64,000 nucleotides of DNA from Candidatus Poribacteria bacterium (GTDB lineage Bacteria > Poribacteria > WGA-4E > PCPOR2b). This document shows positions 1-9,397 of the stretch, piece by piece (position 1 is the first letter of the stretch; each line of letters begins with the position of its first letter). Made by a program: the position numbers and the translations under genes. The notes under the pieces were generated by a model. That model saw nothing but the letters and a program-made list of their open reading frames with translations. It was not told the origin of the DNA and did not search any database. Where the stretch lies: the NCBI GenBank assembly GCA_965207095.1, contig CBDBMC010000001.1, forward strand, positions 4,625,575-4,689,574, in the 5' to 3' direction.

Positions 1-559
1 CCGCATCGACGATCACCGGAATATCGTGGGCATGGGCAATGCTAATCACCTCTTCCAACGATACAACCCCTGCACCGCCCCCGGGTGCAACGTAATGGAT
101 AGCAGCAGTGTTCTCGTTGATGGTAGCTTCCACCTGCTTCGCGGTGGTATGCTCGTCGCCAGCCTCGATCATTTTGGCACCAAAAACGGTTATACACCGG
201 TCATAATGATATCGCTGTGATTTTTGGATGATGATTTCGTTCTTCATGCCGGTCGTATCCGGGAGTTGCTGAATCTTGTCGGGATCATTTCCAGCCATGC
301 AGGTTGCCGAACTCAGCGCAAGTGCAGCCGCACAACCGGGCGTCACCAAAGCTGCTTCGCCTTCCAGCAGATCGGCGATAATGTCGCCCGTTTTCTTGAG
401 CAGATCCTCCATGTCAGCGAAGTATCGGCTGGCATGATTCATCGCCGCTTGAACCCCCGGTGACGGACGGGAACCGCCATATACTGTCATGAAACCCATT
501 GCATTGATAACAGGCTTGACGCCCAAATCTCGGTAAACCGTAAGACCGTCGTTACTCAT
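1..559 (-). CDS. PLP-dependent aminotransferase, SelA-like / DgaE-like (N-terminal part; gene runs off the window start)
   Basis: The minus-strand reading frame is open from the ATG at 559 down to position 1 (M S N D G L T V Y R D L G V K P V I N A M G F M T V Y G G S R P S P G V Q A A M N H A S R Y F A D M E D L L K K T G D I I A D L L E G E A A L V T P G C A A A L A L S S A T C M A G N D P D K I Q Q L P D T T G M K N E I I I Q K S Q R Y H Y D R C I T V F G A K M I E A G D E H T T A K Q V E A T I N E N T A A I H Y V A P G G G A G V V S L E E V I S I A H A H D I P V I V D A). This matches SelA/DgaE family architecture. It is not in the ORF track because it has no stop inside the window. Confidence 0.55.
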   Translation of the reverse strand, partial: MSNDGLTVYRDLGVKPVINAMGFMTVYGGSRPSPGVQAAMNHASRYFADMEDLLKKTGDIIADLLEGEAALVTPGCAAALALSSATCMAGNDPDKIQQLPDTTGMKNEIIIQKSQRYHYDRCITVFGAKMIEAGDEHTTAKQVEATINENTAAIHYVAPGGGAGVVSLEEVISIAHAHDIPVIVDA

Positions 560-1655
560 TGGTGTCCTCCTTACCCTGTATCAACAGGGGAATAAATTTA
601 TGGTTAGAACGTGGAAAAGGAAATTGATCAATTTGATCAACCGTAATCCAGCGATAATCTACAGCATCGTTCAGAACAACCTCGCCGGATTGGTAATGAC
701 AACGAAAAACATCCATCACAGTTTTAAAGTGGGTGTAGGCATGCTTGACGCGGGTCAGGTACTCGATTGGTTCAACAAGAAGGTTCGTCTCTTCTCGAAT
801 TGCGCGAATACAAGCTTTTTCAGGGGTTTCTTTGCCCCGGATTTTTGCGCCGGGGAACTCCCACAACCCACCAAGTAAACCATCCGGTTTACGTTGAGTA
901 ATTAAAATCGAGTCCTTTTTGTGGACGACTCCTGCAACGATATGATATTCGGGTAAGGGTTTTGATTTCTTCCTTACCGGAAACCCCTCTTGTTGAGCGG
1001 TTCTAAATGCACGACAAGCCGTATTCACTGGACAAACAATACAGGTTGGCGATTTCGGACGGCAAACGGTTGCCCCCAATTCCATCATCGCCTGATTGAA
1101 AATCCCCGGTACGTTGTGGTTGAGCAGCAGATCCGCTTTCTCTTGAAAAACCTTTGCCGACGCGGATTGATTAGTCGGCGTCTCAATCAGAAACAGTCGC
1201 GCAAGGACCCGTTTCACATTGCCATCCACGACGGCGTAGGGAGCATTAAACGCAATGCTTTGTACCGCGGCGGCGATGTACTCTCCTACCCCGGGCAGTT
1301 TTCGGAATGTCCCGTAATCGGTGGGTATCTCACCTTTCAGATCTTTTACGACAATTCGAGCGGCTTTGTGGAGATTCCGCGCTCGGGCATAGTACCCCAA
1401 CCCTTCCCACGTTTTCAGCAGATCCTGTAGTGCAGCACTTGCCAGACTTTCTACATCGGGGAACCTATTCAGAAAATCCTGATAGTACTCCAGCACCTTT
1501 TTCACCTGCGTCTGTTGCAGCATCACCTCCGAAACCCAGATACAATAGGGATTTTCTGTTTCACGCCAAGGGAGTTGGCGCTGATGGGTACCAAACCACG
1601 CGAGAAGGTTTTTGCGGAATAGACTAATCTCTTTGGAGGTCATCATACCGACCAC
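552..1655 (-). CDS. mutY: A/G-specific adenine DNA glycosylase MutY with C-terminal NUDIX-like domain
   Basis: 367 aa. HhH-GPD region (LPGVGEYIAAAV) and the 4Fe-4S cysteine cluster C-x6-C-x2-C-x5-C (CRPKSPTCIVCPVNTAC). C-terminal MutT-like domain (GLWEFPGAKIRGKE). The stop overlaps the start of the downstream gene (ATGAGTAA). Confidence 0.85.
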   Translation of the reverse strand: MVGMMTSKEISLFRKNLLAWFGTHQRQLPWRETENPYCIWVSEVMLQQTQVKKVLEYYQDFLNRFPDVESLASAALQDLLKTWEGLGYYARARNLHKAARIVVKDLKGEIPTDYGTFRKLPGVGEYIAAAVQSIAFNAPYAVVDGNVKRVLARLFLIETPTNQSASAKVFQEKADLLLNHNVPGIFNQAMMELGATVCRPKSPTCIVCPVNTACRAFRTAQQEGFPVRKKSKPLPEYHIVAGVVHKKDSILITQRKPDGLLGGLWEFPGAKIRGKETPEKACIRAIREETNLLVEPIEYLTRVKHAYTHFKTVMDVFRCHYQSGEVVLNDAVDYRWITVDQIDQFPFPRSNHKFIPLLIQGKEDTNE

Positions 1656-1674
1656 TGAATGACTCAGGAGTTAA

Positions 1675-2670
1675 TCATACATGAAATTCCAGAACATCGC
1701 CGTCGTAGACCACATCGTCGCGACTGACAGTCTGTCCATCGTACCAGTTATCGCCCCAAATCCGTGCAGACTTAAAATCTTGAGCGAACTCTTTGTGCAA
1801 TGCCATCGCTGCCTCAATAACCCTGCTCCCATTCGGAAGTACGATAGGATCTTCGTAATCAACGGGTTTGGCTGGAGACTTTGTGTAAACGCGGGAGATA
1901 CTGAGTTGTTGATAAACCACTTCTTGCAATTGATCGAGTCCTTCGCCGGTGATAGCAGAGAGCGGGTGGATCTGGAAATCGTCAGAATAGAATTCGCGCA
2001 ATATGTCTAATCGATCCTCAGCACCGTCTTCGTCCACCTGGTTAGCAATGAGCAGGGTTGTTTTGGTGAAATTCGCGCTAAACCCTTCCTCCGCATCATC
2101 TAGCGGTTCTTTGATTCCCGCAATTTGAATCTTTGCTTCGGTCAACCTTGATTTAATGATTTCCACTTGATCTAGGAGTTCATCGCTAGCAAGACTTACA
2201 ACGAGGAAGACGAGATCCGCATTCCTCACAATATCAAATACCCACGGCTGTACGAAGTCTTGTGTGATTGGCGGTGTGTCAACCAGTTGGAATTGGATGT
2301 TCTCATAAGCCAACATCCCGACGCTGGGTTCTTGAGTCGTATACGGCGTTGGGGAGACAACCGGTTTTGCTTTCGTGAAGCTGGCGATAATTTGTGACTT
2401 ACCGACGTTAGGAGTGCCAGTTAGCACCAGTTGGCCCGCACCTTGCTTGGGCACGTGATAACTGTGTCCTTTCTTCGACTGTTTCTTTCCGGAGGCTTTC
2501 CTGAGTTTTGAAATGCGAGAACGAAGATCCGCGCGAACCTTTTCGGTGCCCTTATGCTTGGGCGTGATTCGCGTCATTTCCTCCAATAACTGGAGTCGCT
2601 CCTCGTCGGTCCCTGCGGCCTCGAGTTCATGTTTCAGTTTATAGTATTCGGGAGGGAGATTTGCTGGCAT
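1675..2670 (-). CDS. Obg/DRG-family GTPase with TGS domain
   Basis: 331 aa. P-loop G1 motif GTPNVGKSQ, a DTPP-type G3 region (LVDTPPI), and a C-terminal TGS-like region ending ...GDVLEFHV. Confidence 0.7.
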   Translation of the reverse strand: MPANLPPEYYKLKHELEAAGTDEERLQLLEEMTRITPKHKGTEKVRADLRSRISKLRKASGKKQSKKGHSYHVPKQGAGQLVLTGTPNVGKSQIIASFTKAKPVVSPTPYTTQEPSVGMLAYENIQFQLVDTPPITQDFVQPWVFDIVRNADLVFLVVSLASDELLDQVEIIKSRLTEAKIQIAGIKEPLDDAEEGFSANFTKTTLLIANQVDEDGAEDRLDILREFYSDDFQIHPLSAITGEGLDQLQEVVYQQLSISRVYTKSPAKPVDYEDPIVLPNGSRVIEAAMALHKEFAQDFKSARIWGDNWYDGQTVSRDDVVYDGDVLEFHV

Positions 2671-3116
2671 AATCGTCTCCGTACATAGGGGAATTTTGGG
2701 GATTTGGACCTATCTCTTTTTCCTATCTGTAAGTGTTCCTATACCCCACAGCCATAAGGAGATTATAAGGGATATAAAAAGGAAGATCAAGGAAAAAATC
2801 AGAGTGTAGACCCCGCGCCAATAGGGAGAAAAATTCCCTCTTTTCCTTTACAGAGGCGCGGTGAAATGCTATACTAGGTTAAGTATTTTATACACATGTG
2901 GCGGCGCTGGGATTATGTTTATCTAATAGTTCGTTGGCGAGGAAACCCCGCCCCTGCGTGAGCCCGGTGGGTTCTTGACGACCGGCAGCTTGCACTATGA
3001 ATAACCGTGCATGTCGCCCCGCTGGGACTTTGCGTGGCAGCTTGAATAATACGATTATCGAGTGTACATCCCACATTAGATCTCTCATAAGTTGACACAA
3101 CCCAATATGGTGGTAC

Positions 3117-4061
3117 TTGATGAATTTTTTAATCTACCCCGCAGTCGGTGAAGATGAATTACGAGCCATTCAATCAGTTTCAAGTACAGTTGACGTGCAA
3201 AACATTGAAAACGAAACAGAGGTACTTGAAATCATTAGCGAAGTCGATGCCATGTACGGTCGAATCACCCCAGAGCTGTTAGCGCGGGCGAAAAAACTGC
3301 GCTGGATTCAAACCCCGATGGCAGGTCTTGAGCACTATATGTTCCCTGCACTGGCAGAGAGTGACGTAACGCTGTCCAATATGCAGGGCATTTACAGTGA
3401 CAACATCGCAGACCATGTGATGGGATATATCCTGATGTTCTCGCGCGGCTTTCATATCTTTCTACGCCAACAACTTGAAAGAAACTGGTCAAGTAATGTC
3501 CCCGTCCTTCACCTCGCGGATCAGACGCTTGGAGTCATCGGGCTTGGCGGGATTGGGGCTGCGGTGGCAAAACGGGGCGCGGCGGCTGAGATGCGAGTCA
3601 TCGCAACCAACGCAGTAGAAGTCGAAAAACCTGACCACGTTGACGCATTATGGGGTATTGACCGGTTGGACGACCTCCTAACGGAAGCCGATTTCGTGGT
3701 TAGTTGCGTACCCCACACGCCCGAAACCTTTAAGCTGCTTAACACTGACCAGTTTACGCAGATGAAAAAAACAGCATATCTGATCAATATCTCGCGGGGC
3801 GTTGTCGTAGATCTTGCAGCCTTGACAAGTGCTTTACAGGCGGGTGAGATCGCCGGTGCCGGACTCGATGTGTTTGAGACCGAACCGCTTCCCGCTGATC
3901 ATCCACTTTGGGATATGGAGAATGTTATTATCACACCACATACTGCGGGATCAGGACCCCATACGGCAAAACGACGCATCGAGGTGGTAACTGCAAACCT
4001 TCGCCGATACGTCGCAGGTGAACCGGTGGAGAACGTAGTTGACAAGAATCGCTGGTGCTGA
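3117..4061 (+). CDS. D-isomer-specific 2-hydroxyacid dehydrogenase (phosphoglycerate dehydrogenase-like)
   Basis: 314 aa. NAD-binding fingerprint GVIGLGGIGAAVAKRG. The catalytic-domain layout is typical of the D-2-hydroxyacid dehydrogenase family (ITPHTAGS near the C-terminus). Confidence 0.8.
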   Translation: MMNFLIYPAVGEDELRAIQSVSSTVDVQNIENETEVLEIISEVDAMYGRITPELLARAKKLRWIQTPMAGLEHYMFPALAESDVTLSNMQGIYSDNIADHVMGYILMFSRGFHIFLRQQLERNWSSNVPVLHLADQTLGVIGLGGIGAAVAKRGAAAEMRVIATNAVEVEKPDHVDALWGIDRLDDLLTEADFVVSCVPHTPETFKLLNTDQFTQMKKTAYLINISRGVVVDLAALTSALQAGEIAGAGLDVFETEPLPADHPLWDMENVIITPHTAGSGPHTAKRRIEVVTANLRRYVAGEPVENVVDKNRWC

Positions 4062-4079
4062 TGTATAACTGTTCGCAAC

Positions 4080-5012
4080 TTGGGGGATATATCTATGGAA
4101 TGGATTTACAAGAAAAGTGGGGCGATATTTAAGCGCAAGCAAGTCCATCTTCGGGAGCAGGGACCGGTAAGTGCATCTCAGACACAGTTGTCGCGCCGAG
4201 CGTTTCTCAAGGGTGCGACAGGGATTGCAGCGGCCGCTCTTACCGTGGATCAATTTACCGGTTGGTGCGAAGCGGCGCCCTTCAGAGAATACATTCCATA
4301 CGATGCCTCACGAGACGCACATTACGGTCACCATTTCGGCTGGATTGAACATCACCGTCCATCGCCTGATTCGATTGGCGAAAAGTTTGTCTTTGTCCGA
4401 CTGAAATATCCGGGCGGAGATTGGTTTACGAACGCGGTGAATTATTATCGGTGGCCCGCTGATACAAAGTTCACAGAGCTCCTCGCAAGATACACATCAA
4501 TTGACGTTGAACTTCACGAGAACCCACAGTATGTTTCGATCGCAGAGGATGACATCGATCATTTATGTAGCTATCCCTTCATTTTTATGACAGGGCATTT
4601 AGGTGTTCGCTTTTCCGATGATGATATCCGAAAATTACGGGAATATTTGGAACGCGGCGGTTTCCTCCATGTGGAAGATTGTGACATCCGCGTCAACCGG
4701 ATGCGCCCTGCGGTGTATCGCCTGATGCAGCAGGTTTTTCCAGACAAAAGGTTTGAACGGCTTGATATGAGCCATCCAATCTATCACACCCTCTATGATC
4801 ACGATGAGTATCTCGGCGGTGACAAGCTGGTCACACCGGATGCAGATTTCGATGAAGCGATCATGATTGATGACCGGGTTGCAGTTTATTTTTGTCCAAG
4901 CGATCTTAACTGTGCGTGGGAGGGACGGGTGTGTGAACCGGGCGGTGAAGAACAGCGGCGATGGGCATTTGAGCAGGGCATGAACGTTGTTACGTACGCT
5001 CTCACACACTAA
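4080..5012 (+). CDS. Tat-signal secreted protein of unknown function (possibly DUF4159-like)
   Basis: 310 aa. Twin-arginine motif SRRAFLKGATGIAAAAL. No recognisable catalytic motif. The true start may be the internal Met at about 4095. Confidence 0.6.
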   Translation: MGDISMEWIYKKSGAIFKRKQVHLREQGPVSASQTQLSRRAFLKGATGIAAAALTVDQFTGWCEAAPFREYIPYDASRDAHYGHHFGWIEHHRPSPDSIGEKFVFVRLKYPGGDWFTNAVNYYRWPADTKFTELLARYTSIDVELHENPQYVSIAEDDIDHLCSYPFIFMTGHLGVRFSDDDIRKLREYLERGGFLHVEDCDIRVNRMRPAVYRLMQQVFPDKRFERLDMSHPIYHTLYDHDEYLGGDKLVTPDADFDEAIMIDDRVAVYFCPSDLNCAWEGRVCEPGGEEQRRWAFEQGMNVVTYALTH

Positions 5013-5023
5013 AGGAATTAATT

Positions 5024-6316
5024 ATGATAAGTTTCGATCAATCGAAGAAGCGGCTTGCTGATTTTGCGAAGTATCTACCCGGCGGAGTCAATAGCAACTT
5101 TCGGCTGGGCATGTCCCCGACTCCACTTGTCTTCGAACGAGCCGAAGGACCTTACCTCTACGATGTCGATGGCAACAGACTAATCGATTACTATCTGGGG
5201 ATGGGGCCGATGATCTTAGGGCATAATCCTGAACCAGTACTCAACGCGGTGAGGGCGCAGCTTGAACACGGGATTCTATATGCCGGTCAGAGCGACATTG
5301 AGTTTGAAGCGGCGCGGCTGTTTTGCGAAATTGTACCGTGTGCGGAGATGGTGCGCTTCAACTGTTCGGGGAGTGAGGTGGTTCAGGCAGCTTTGCGACT
5401 GGCTCGTGCTGCCACGGACCGTTCCATCATCATCAAGTTTGAAGGTCATTACCACGGCTGGCTCGACAATGTACTGTGGAGCATCGCCCCTACACCCGAT
5501 CAATTTGGTCATGAAGACTCACCGACCCCAATTCCTGCGAGCGCGGGACAGGATTTGGCAGCTGGCCAGCACATTGAGGTGCTTCCTTGGAACAACCTCC
5601 CTTTATTGACAGATCGTTTACGACGTGGCGATGTGGCGGGGGTGATTATGGAACCGGCGATGTGCAACACGAGTGCGATTGCGCCCGCACAAGGATATCT
5701 GGAGGGGGTGCGCAAGGTTTGTAATGAGACAGGGACCGTTCTCATCTTTGATGAAATCATTACCGGTTTCCGACTTGCTCCCGGGGGCGCGCAGGAGTAT
5801 TTCGGGGTTACCCCGGACCTAGCAACTTTTGGCAAAGCGATCGCGAACGGTTTTCCGGTCTCGGCGTTCGCAGGACGGGCGGATTTGATGGAGCAGATGG
5901 CAACCGGTGGTGTCTTGCACGGTGGTAGCTATAACGCATTACCGGCGGCGATGGCAGCTGTCGTTGCAACGCTGAACGAAGTAAAAAGACCAGAGACCTC
6001 CAACCTCCTCGAATTACAGGGCAAAAAACTGATGACTGGGATTAAGGATGCTTTGGCTGATGCGGGTGTCGAAGCACAGGTGCAAGGTTTCCCCCAAATC
6101 TTCCACGTTGCTTTGGGTGCTGGTTCGCCGTTTTCTAACTACCGCGATTCCTTAGCGGCAGACAAAGCGCGTTACGTTAATTTTACAACGGTTCTACTCT
6201 CTCACGGGGTCCGCGCGCTCGAACGCGGGGCTTGGTTCCTCTCTGCCGCGCACGACGATGGGGTGATTGACGAGACCATTAATGCTGTTGCAGCAGCAGC
6301 CAAGGAATTATCGTAA
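5024..6316 (+). CDS. Class III PLP-dependent aminotransferase (glutamate-1-semialdehyde 2,1-aminomutase-like)
   Basis: 430 aa. N-terminal LPGGVNS, the FDEIITGFR motif, and the Lys-containing TFGKAIANGFP segment typical of the HemL / aminotransferase class III family. Confidence 0.8.
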   Translation: MISFDQSKKRLADFAKYLPGGVNSNFRLGMSPTPLVFERAEGPYLYDVDGNRLIDYYLGMGPMILGHNPEPVLNAVRAQLEHGILYAGQSDIEFEAARLFCEIVPCAEMVRFNCSGSEVVQAALRLARAATDRSIIIKFEGHYHGWLDNVLWSIAPTPDQFGHEDSPTPIPASAGQDLAAGQHIEVLPWNNLPLLTDRLRRGDVAGVIMEPAMCNTSAIAPAQGYLEGVRKVCNETGTVLIFDEIITGFRLAPGGAQEYFGVTPDLATFGKAIANGFPVSAFAGRADLMEQMATGGVLHGGSYNALPAAMAAVVATLNEVKRPETSNLLELQGKKLMTGIKDALADAGVEAQVQGFPQIFHVALGAGSPFSNYRDSLAADKARYVNFTTVLLSHGVRALERGAWFLSAAHDDGVIDETINAVAAAAKELS

Positions 6317-6365
6317 GAGGAGCAGTAGAGTTTCGAATGGTGTGTGATAGATAAGGACAGGCTCC

Positions 6366-7946
6366 ATGAACGTTGGCACCCACAAACAACTCTTTATCGA
6401 CGAACGCTTCTTTCAGACTCGCGAGGGTATCGAGTTGTGCATGAATCCACCTGTTCAGGATCCCACACCTGTGCTCATAGCGGACCAACCGTGGGAGGCA
6501 AAGGGCATAGGTGCTTACAGCACAGCCTTCCGCGAACCCGACGGCAGATTTCGCCTCTGGTATGATGCGCTTCTCGGCGTTGGGACGCCTCAAGAGAGTG
6601 CCCGCCGCCTGTGTTACGCCGAATCAGAGGATGGCCTCCACTGGGAGAAACCGTCGCTCGGTCTTGTCCCCTTTCGTGGTTCCACTGCAAATAACATCGT
6701 TGCTCCTCTCCTTGAACGCCAGAGCATGCAGGGAGCCACTGTGTATCGCGACGAACGCGCCTCGGCTGATGAACGTTACAAGTTGTGGAGCAAGTTCCGT
6801 CCTACTGACTCTCAGATCGCAGCGGATATTCGGAGCGGACTCTGGGCGATGCACTCGCCCGACGGTATTCACTGGCAGGCGTATCCCAACCAGCCTAACC
6901 CACCTAACCAGTCGTGTGATACTCAGAATATGTTTTTCTGGGACGATACCATCAAATGCTACGTCGGCTACACACGAGTTAGAGAGACCCAAAGCTCCGA
7001 AGAAGCTGCCCTCGCCGGCAAAGTCGCTTACCGGAGTATCGGCCGCATCACCTCGCCCGATTTCCGCAGTTGGTCGAGCACTCAGATTGTTCTGGAGGCA
7101 GATACAGAGGATTTAGCTATCCCCGTGCCTTCACAGTCTGATGACCAGCGTCCGAGCATCGACTACTACACCAGTTGTGCAATGAAATACGAAAGTGTCC
7201 AAGATGTGTATCTGATGTTTCCCTCAGTCTACTACCACTGGGGTGAGAATGGTTTTCCCGCAACCATGGATACACAGCTATTGACCAGCCGCGATGGCAT
7301 TAATTGGCGGCGTCAGGGCAACCGCCGTCCTTTCCTGCGACACGGGCTGGACGACGCGGTTTACAGCGGGATGCTTTTCGCCAATCCGTGGCTCATCCCT
7401 GTGGACGACGAACTGTGGCTGTACTATGCTGGCATGGCTCACAACCACGGTGCGGATCCTGACGATGTCGGGCGTTCCAGCAGCCTTTTTCGTGCACGCA
7501 TACGCCAGGATGGATTCGTCTCTGTGGATGCGGGTTTTGGCGGCGGTGAGTTCATCACGCCGGTGCTCCAGTTTGGCGGCAATCGCCTTGAGCTAAATCT
7601 CGATGGAAGTGCCGGCGGCTGGCTCCAAGTCGAAATTCAGAACGCGGATGGACAGCCGTTGCCCGGCTTTAGGCTCACAGAGGCAGATCCAATGGTGGGA
7701 AACGCGATCGGTAAAACTGTGACATGGCAAGGCAAAGACGACCTGAGCGAACTTGTTGGTCAAACGACCCGGCTGCGCTTCGTTCTGCGCGATATGAAAC
7801 TTTACGCCTTTCTTATAGTGAATTCGTACTCTCCAAAAATTAAGAAACCGTACTCAAGAATTATTACCCACGACCAAGATAGGGCTGCTCCACCGGCACC
7901 ACCTTCGCTTCAAGCATATTCACATTCGGCGGTAAGGTCGCCATAA
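6366..7946 (+). CDS. Hypothetical protein, putative glycoside-hydrolase-like beta-propeller fold
   Basis: 526 aa with an N-terminal KQLFIDERF motif. The family-like sequence ends around ...RLRFVLRDMKLYAF. The last roughly 48 codons overlap the convergent SDR gene and may be a read-through artefact. Confidence 0.4.
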   Translation: MNVGTHKQLFIDERFFQTREGIELCMNPPVQDPTPVLIADQPWEAKGIGAYSTAFREPDGRFRLWYDALLGVGTPQESARRLCYAESEDGLHWEKPSLGLVPFRGSTANNIVAPLLERQSMQGATVYRDERASADERYKLWSKFRPTDSQIAADIRSGLWAMHSPDGIHWQAYPNQPNPPNQSCDTQNMFFWDDTIKCYVGYTRVRETQSSEEAALAGKVAYRSIGRITSPDFRSWSSTQIVLEADTEDLAIPVPSQSDDQRPSIDYYTSCAMKYESVQDVYLMFPSVYYHWGENGFPATMDTQLLTSRDGINWRRQGNRRPFLRHGLDDAVYSGMLFANPWLIPVDDELWLYYAGMAHNHGADPDDVGRSSSLFRARIRQDGFVSVDAGFGGGEFITPVLQFGGNRLELNLDGSAGGWLQVEIQNADGQPLPGFRLTEADPMVGNAIGKTVTWQGKDDLSELVGQTTRLRFVLRDMKLYAFLIVNSYSPKIKKPYSRIITHDQDRAAPPAPPSLQAYSHSAVRSP

Positions 7947-8586
7947 GTACCGCCGCTTGAGCCAATTCCTCCACCTGCATCAGATCTGTTCGTTCATCGC
8001 CCTCTGGTAACTCCCTGACCTGTGTGGCACCCGGGTGCAGACAACTCGCAACGATTCCATGCGGACGTCCCTCCAAGGCTGTCACCTGCGTCAGTCCCCA
8101 AATACCAAATTTAGAGGCGCAGTAAGGTCCCGCTCCGGGTCGAACCCGCTGTGCGGATATACTACCGATGTTGATAATACGTCCGCCGCCCTGCTGCTTC
8201 ATAATCTGCATTGCTGCGCGCGTACACAGGAATGGCGCACGGAGATTGACCGAAAGCACGTTATCTAAGGCTTCCGTCGAAAGCTCGTCAAGCGGACCAC
8301 CATCAAACGCCCCCGAATTGTTGACCAAAATATCTAAGCGTTTGAACGCTTCCATCGTGTGCTCAAACAGCGCTTCGATTTGTGCCTCATCGGTGACATC
8401 GGTCGGTACGGCAAGCACCGTCGTGCCACCCTCCCTTAGTTCATCGGCTGTCTGATTCAATTCTTGAACACCCCGCGCAGCTAACACAAGGGTTGCTCCT
8501 TCGTCTGCCAAGCCGCGTGCGATGCCCTTGCCAATTCCTCTGTTACCTCCTGTGATGAGCGCAACCTTATCATCTAGCTTACCCAT
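7864..8586 (-). CDS. Short-chain dehydrogenase/reductase (SDR) family oxidoreductase
   Basis: 240 aa. TGGNRGIGKGIA cofactor-binding motif, the NNSG motif, and a catalytic YxxxK (YCASK). Confidence 0.85.
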   Translation of the reverse strand: MGKLDDKVALITGGNRGIGKGIARGLADEGATLVLAARGVQELNQTADELREGGTTVLAVPTDVTDEAQIEALFEHTMEAFKRLDILVNNSGAFDGGPLDELSTEALDNVLSVNLRAPFLCTRAAMQIMKQQGGGRIINIGSISAQRVRPGAGPYCASKFGIWGLTQVTALEGRPHGIVASCLHPGATQVRELPEGDERTDLMQVEELAQAAVLMATLPPNVNMLEAKVVPVEQPYLGRG

Positions 8587-8630
8587 TAGATACTCCTTTC
8601 GTTTTCCTCCGATGCTACGAAGTCATTATA

Positions 8631-8775
8631 GTAGATCTCAGAATTAATGAAACACTCCAAATTGGTAGGCGCTGTTTCCAACTGCGCCGTTTCAACTCAA
8701 CCAACGGTGTGTATGCGGTGCGGTTAGAAACCGCACCTACCGGGGAGCGAAAGTGTCTCTTTATTTTTAGAATTC
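8631..8775 (+). mobile_element. MITE-like element, family 1, copy A
   Basis: About 145 bp. Imperfect terminal inverted repeats TAGAATTAATGAAACAC ... GTGTCTCTTTATTTTTAGAATTC. Flanked by the direct repeat CATTATA (8624-8630 and 8776-8782). Contains two inverted copies of the 25-nt module GYGCRGTTGGAAACMGCRCCTACC. Near-identical copies at 11392-11511 (inverted) and 19991-20084. Confidence 0.7.
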
Positions 8776-8830
8776 ATTATAAACTGGATTGTTTACGCTC
8801 CACCAAGACTTGATGCTATTGATGTCCATG

Positions 8831-9376
8831 TTAAGGTGCTTGCAACTGCTCTTGAAGCACCCCCATCTCTTTTTTATTCAATCCTAACAGATAAATTGGG
8901 AGCGGCAACATCCAATCTGCGTGCATGTAGCGGTCGATCTTCATCTTCAGATCAGTGTTCTTGTGCATTAGTTCCAAGTGAAGTTCAGTAGAACGCGTAC
9001 GCTCCGCTATGGGTTCCGAAATTTCCTTTGCATAGCGAGTGAGTTGTTTTATGCGCTTCTTCCTCGACACTCCCTCTTGGCGTAGCTTTTCATTCCGTTC
9101 AATCACTTGGGTTAGAATTTCTTGATAGCTTTCGACTGTAGCCTTGACCGCGGGCACGTCGGGAAATTCATTGAGAAAATCTTCGCTCCACTCTTCTAGC
9201 TGCACCTTTTTTTGCGCTAGGTCTGCTTCCAACTGGTCCTCTTGGGTTGTCCAGCGCGTTCCGAAATAGAAACCAGCCGTGATGAGCATAACTACGAGAA
9301 CCGACACAATTAATCTCATTCTCGGTTTGGTAGATAGGATATCCATTAGCTCCAACTCCTTTAATAGTTCCAACAC
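8831..9376 (-). CDS. Hypothetical membrane-anchored coiled-coil protein
   Basis: 181 aa. One N-terminal TM helix (LIVSVLVVMLITAGFYF) followed by charged heptad-like sequence. Its stop lies 22 bp upstream of the neighbouring membrane-protein gene. Confidence 0.5.
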   Translation of the reverse strand: MLELLKELELMDILSTKPRMRLIVSVLVVMLITAGFYFGTRWTTQEDQLEADLAQKKVQLEEWSEDFLNEFPDVPAVKATVESYQEILTQVIERNEKLRQEGVSRKKRIKQLTRYAKEISEPIAERTRSTELHLELMHKNTDLKMKIDRYMHADWMLPLPIYLLGLNKKEMGVLQEQLQAP

Positions 9377-9397
9377 CTTTTTCCTAACACCGGTTTA

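Noticed and set aside
552-559. Overlap of the mutY stop with the downstream aminotransferase start (ATGAGTAA)
   Set aside because: This is ordinary translational coupling between adjacent genes, not a distinct feature.
2888-3100. 70-aa minus-strand ORF in the GTPase / hydroxyacid dehydrogenase intergenic region
   Set aside because: It spans two hairpin-module copies in a divergent promoter region. No start context. Considered non-coding.
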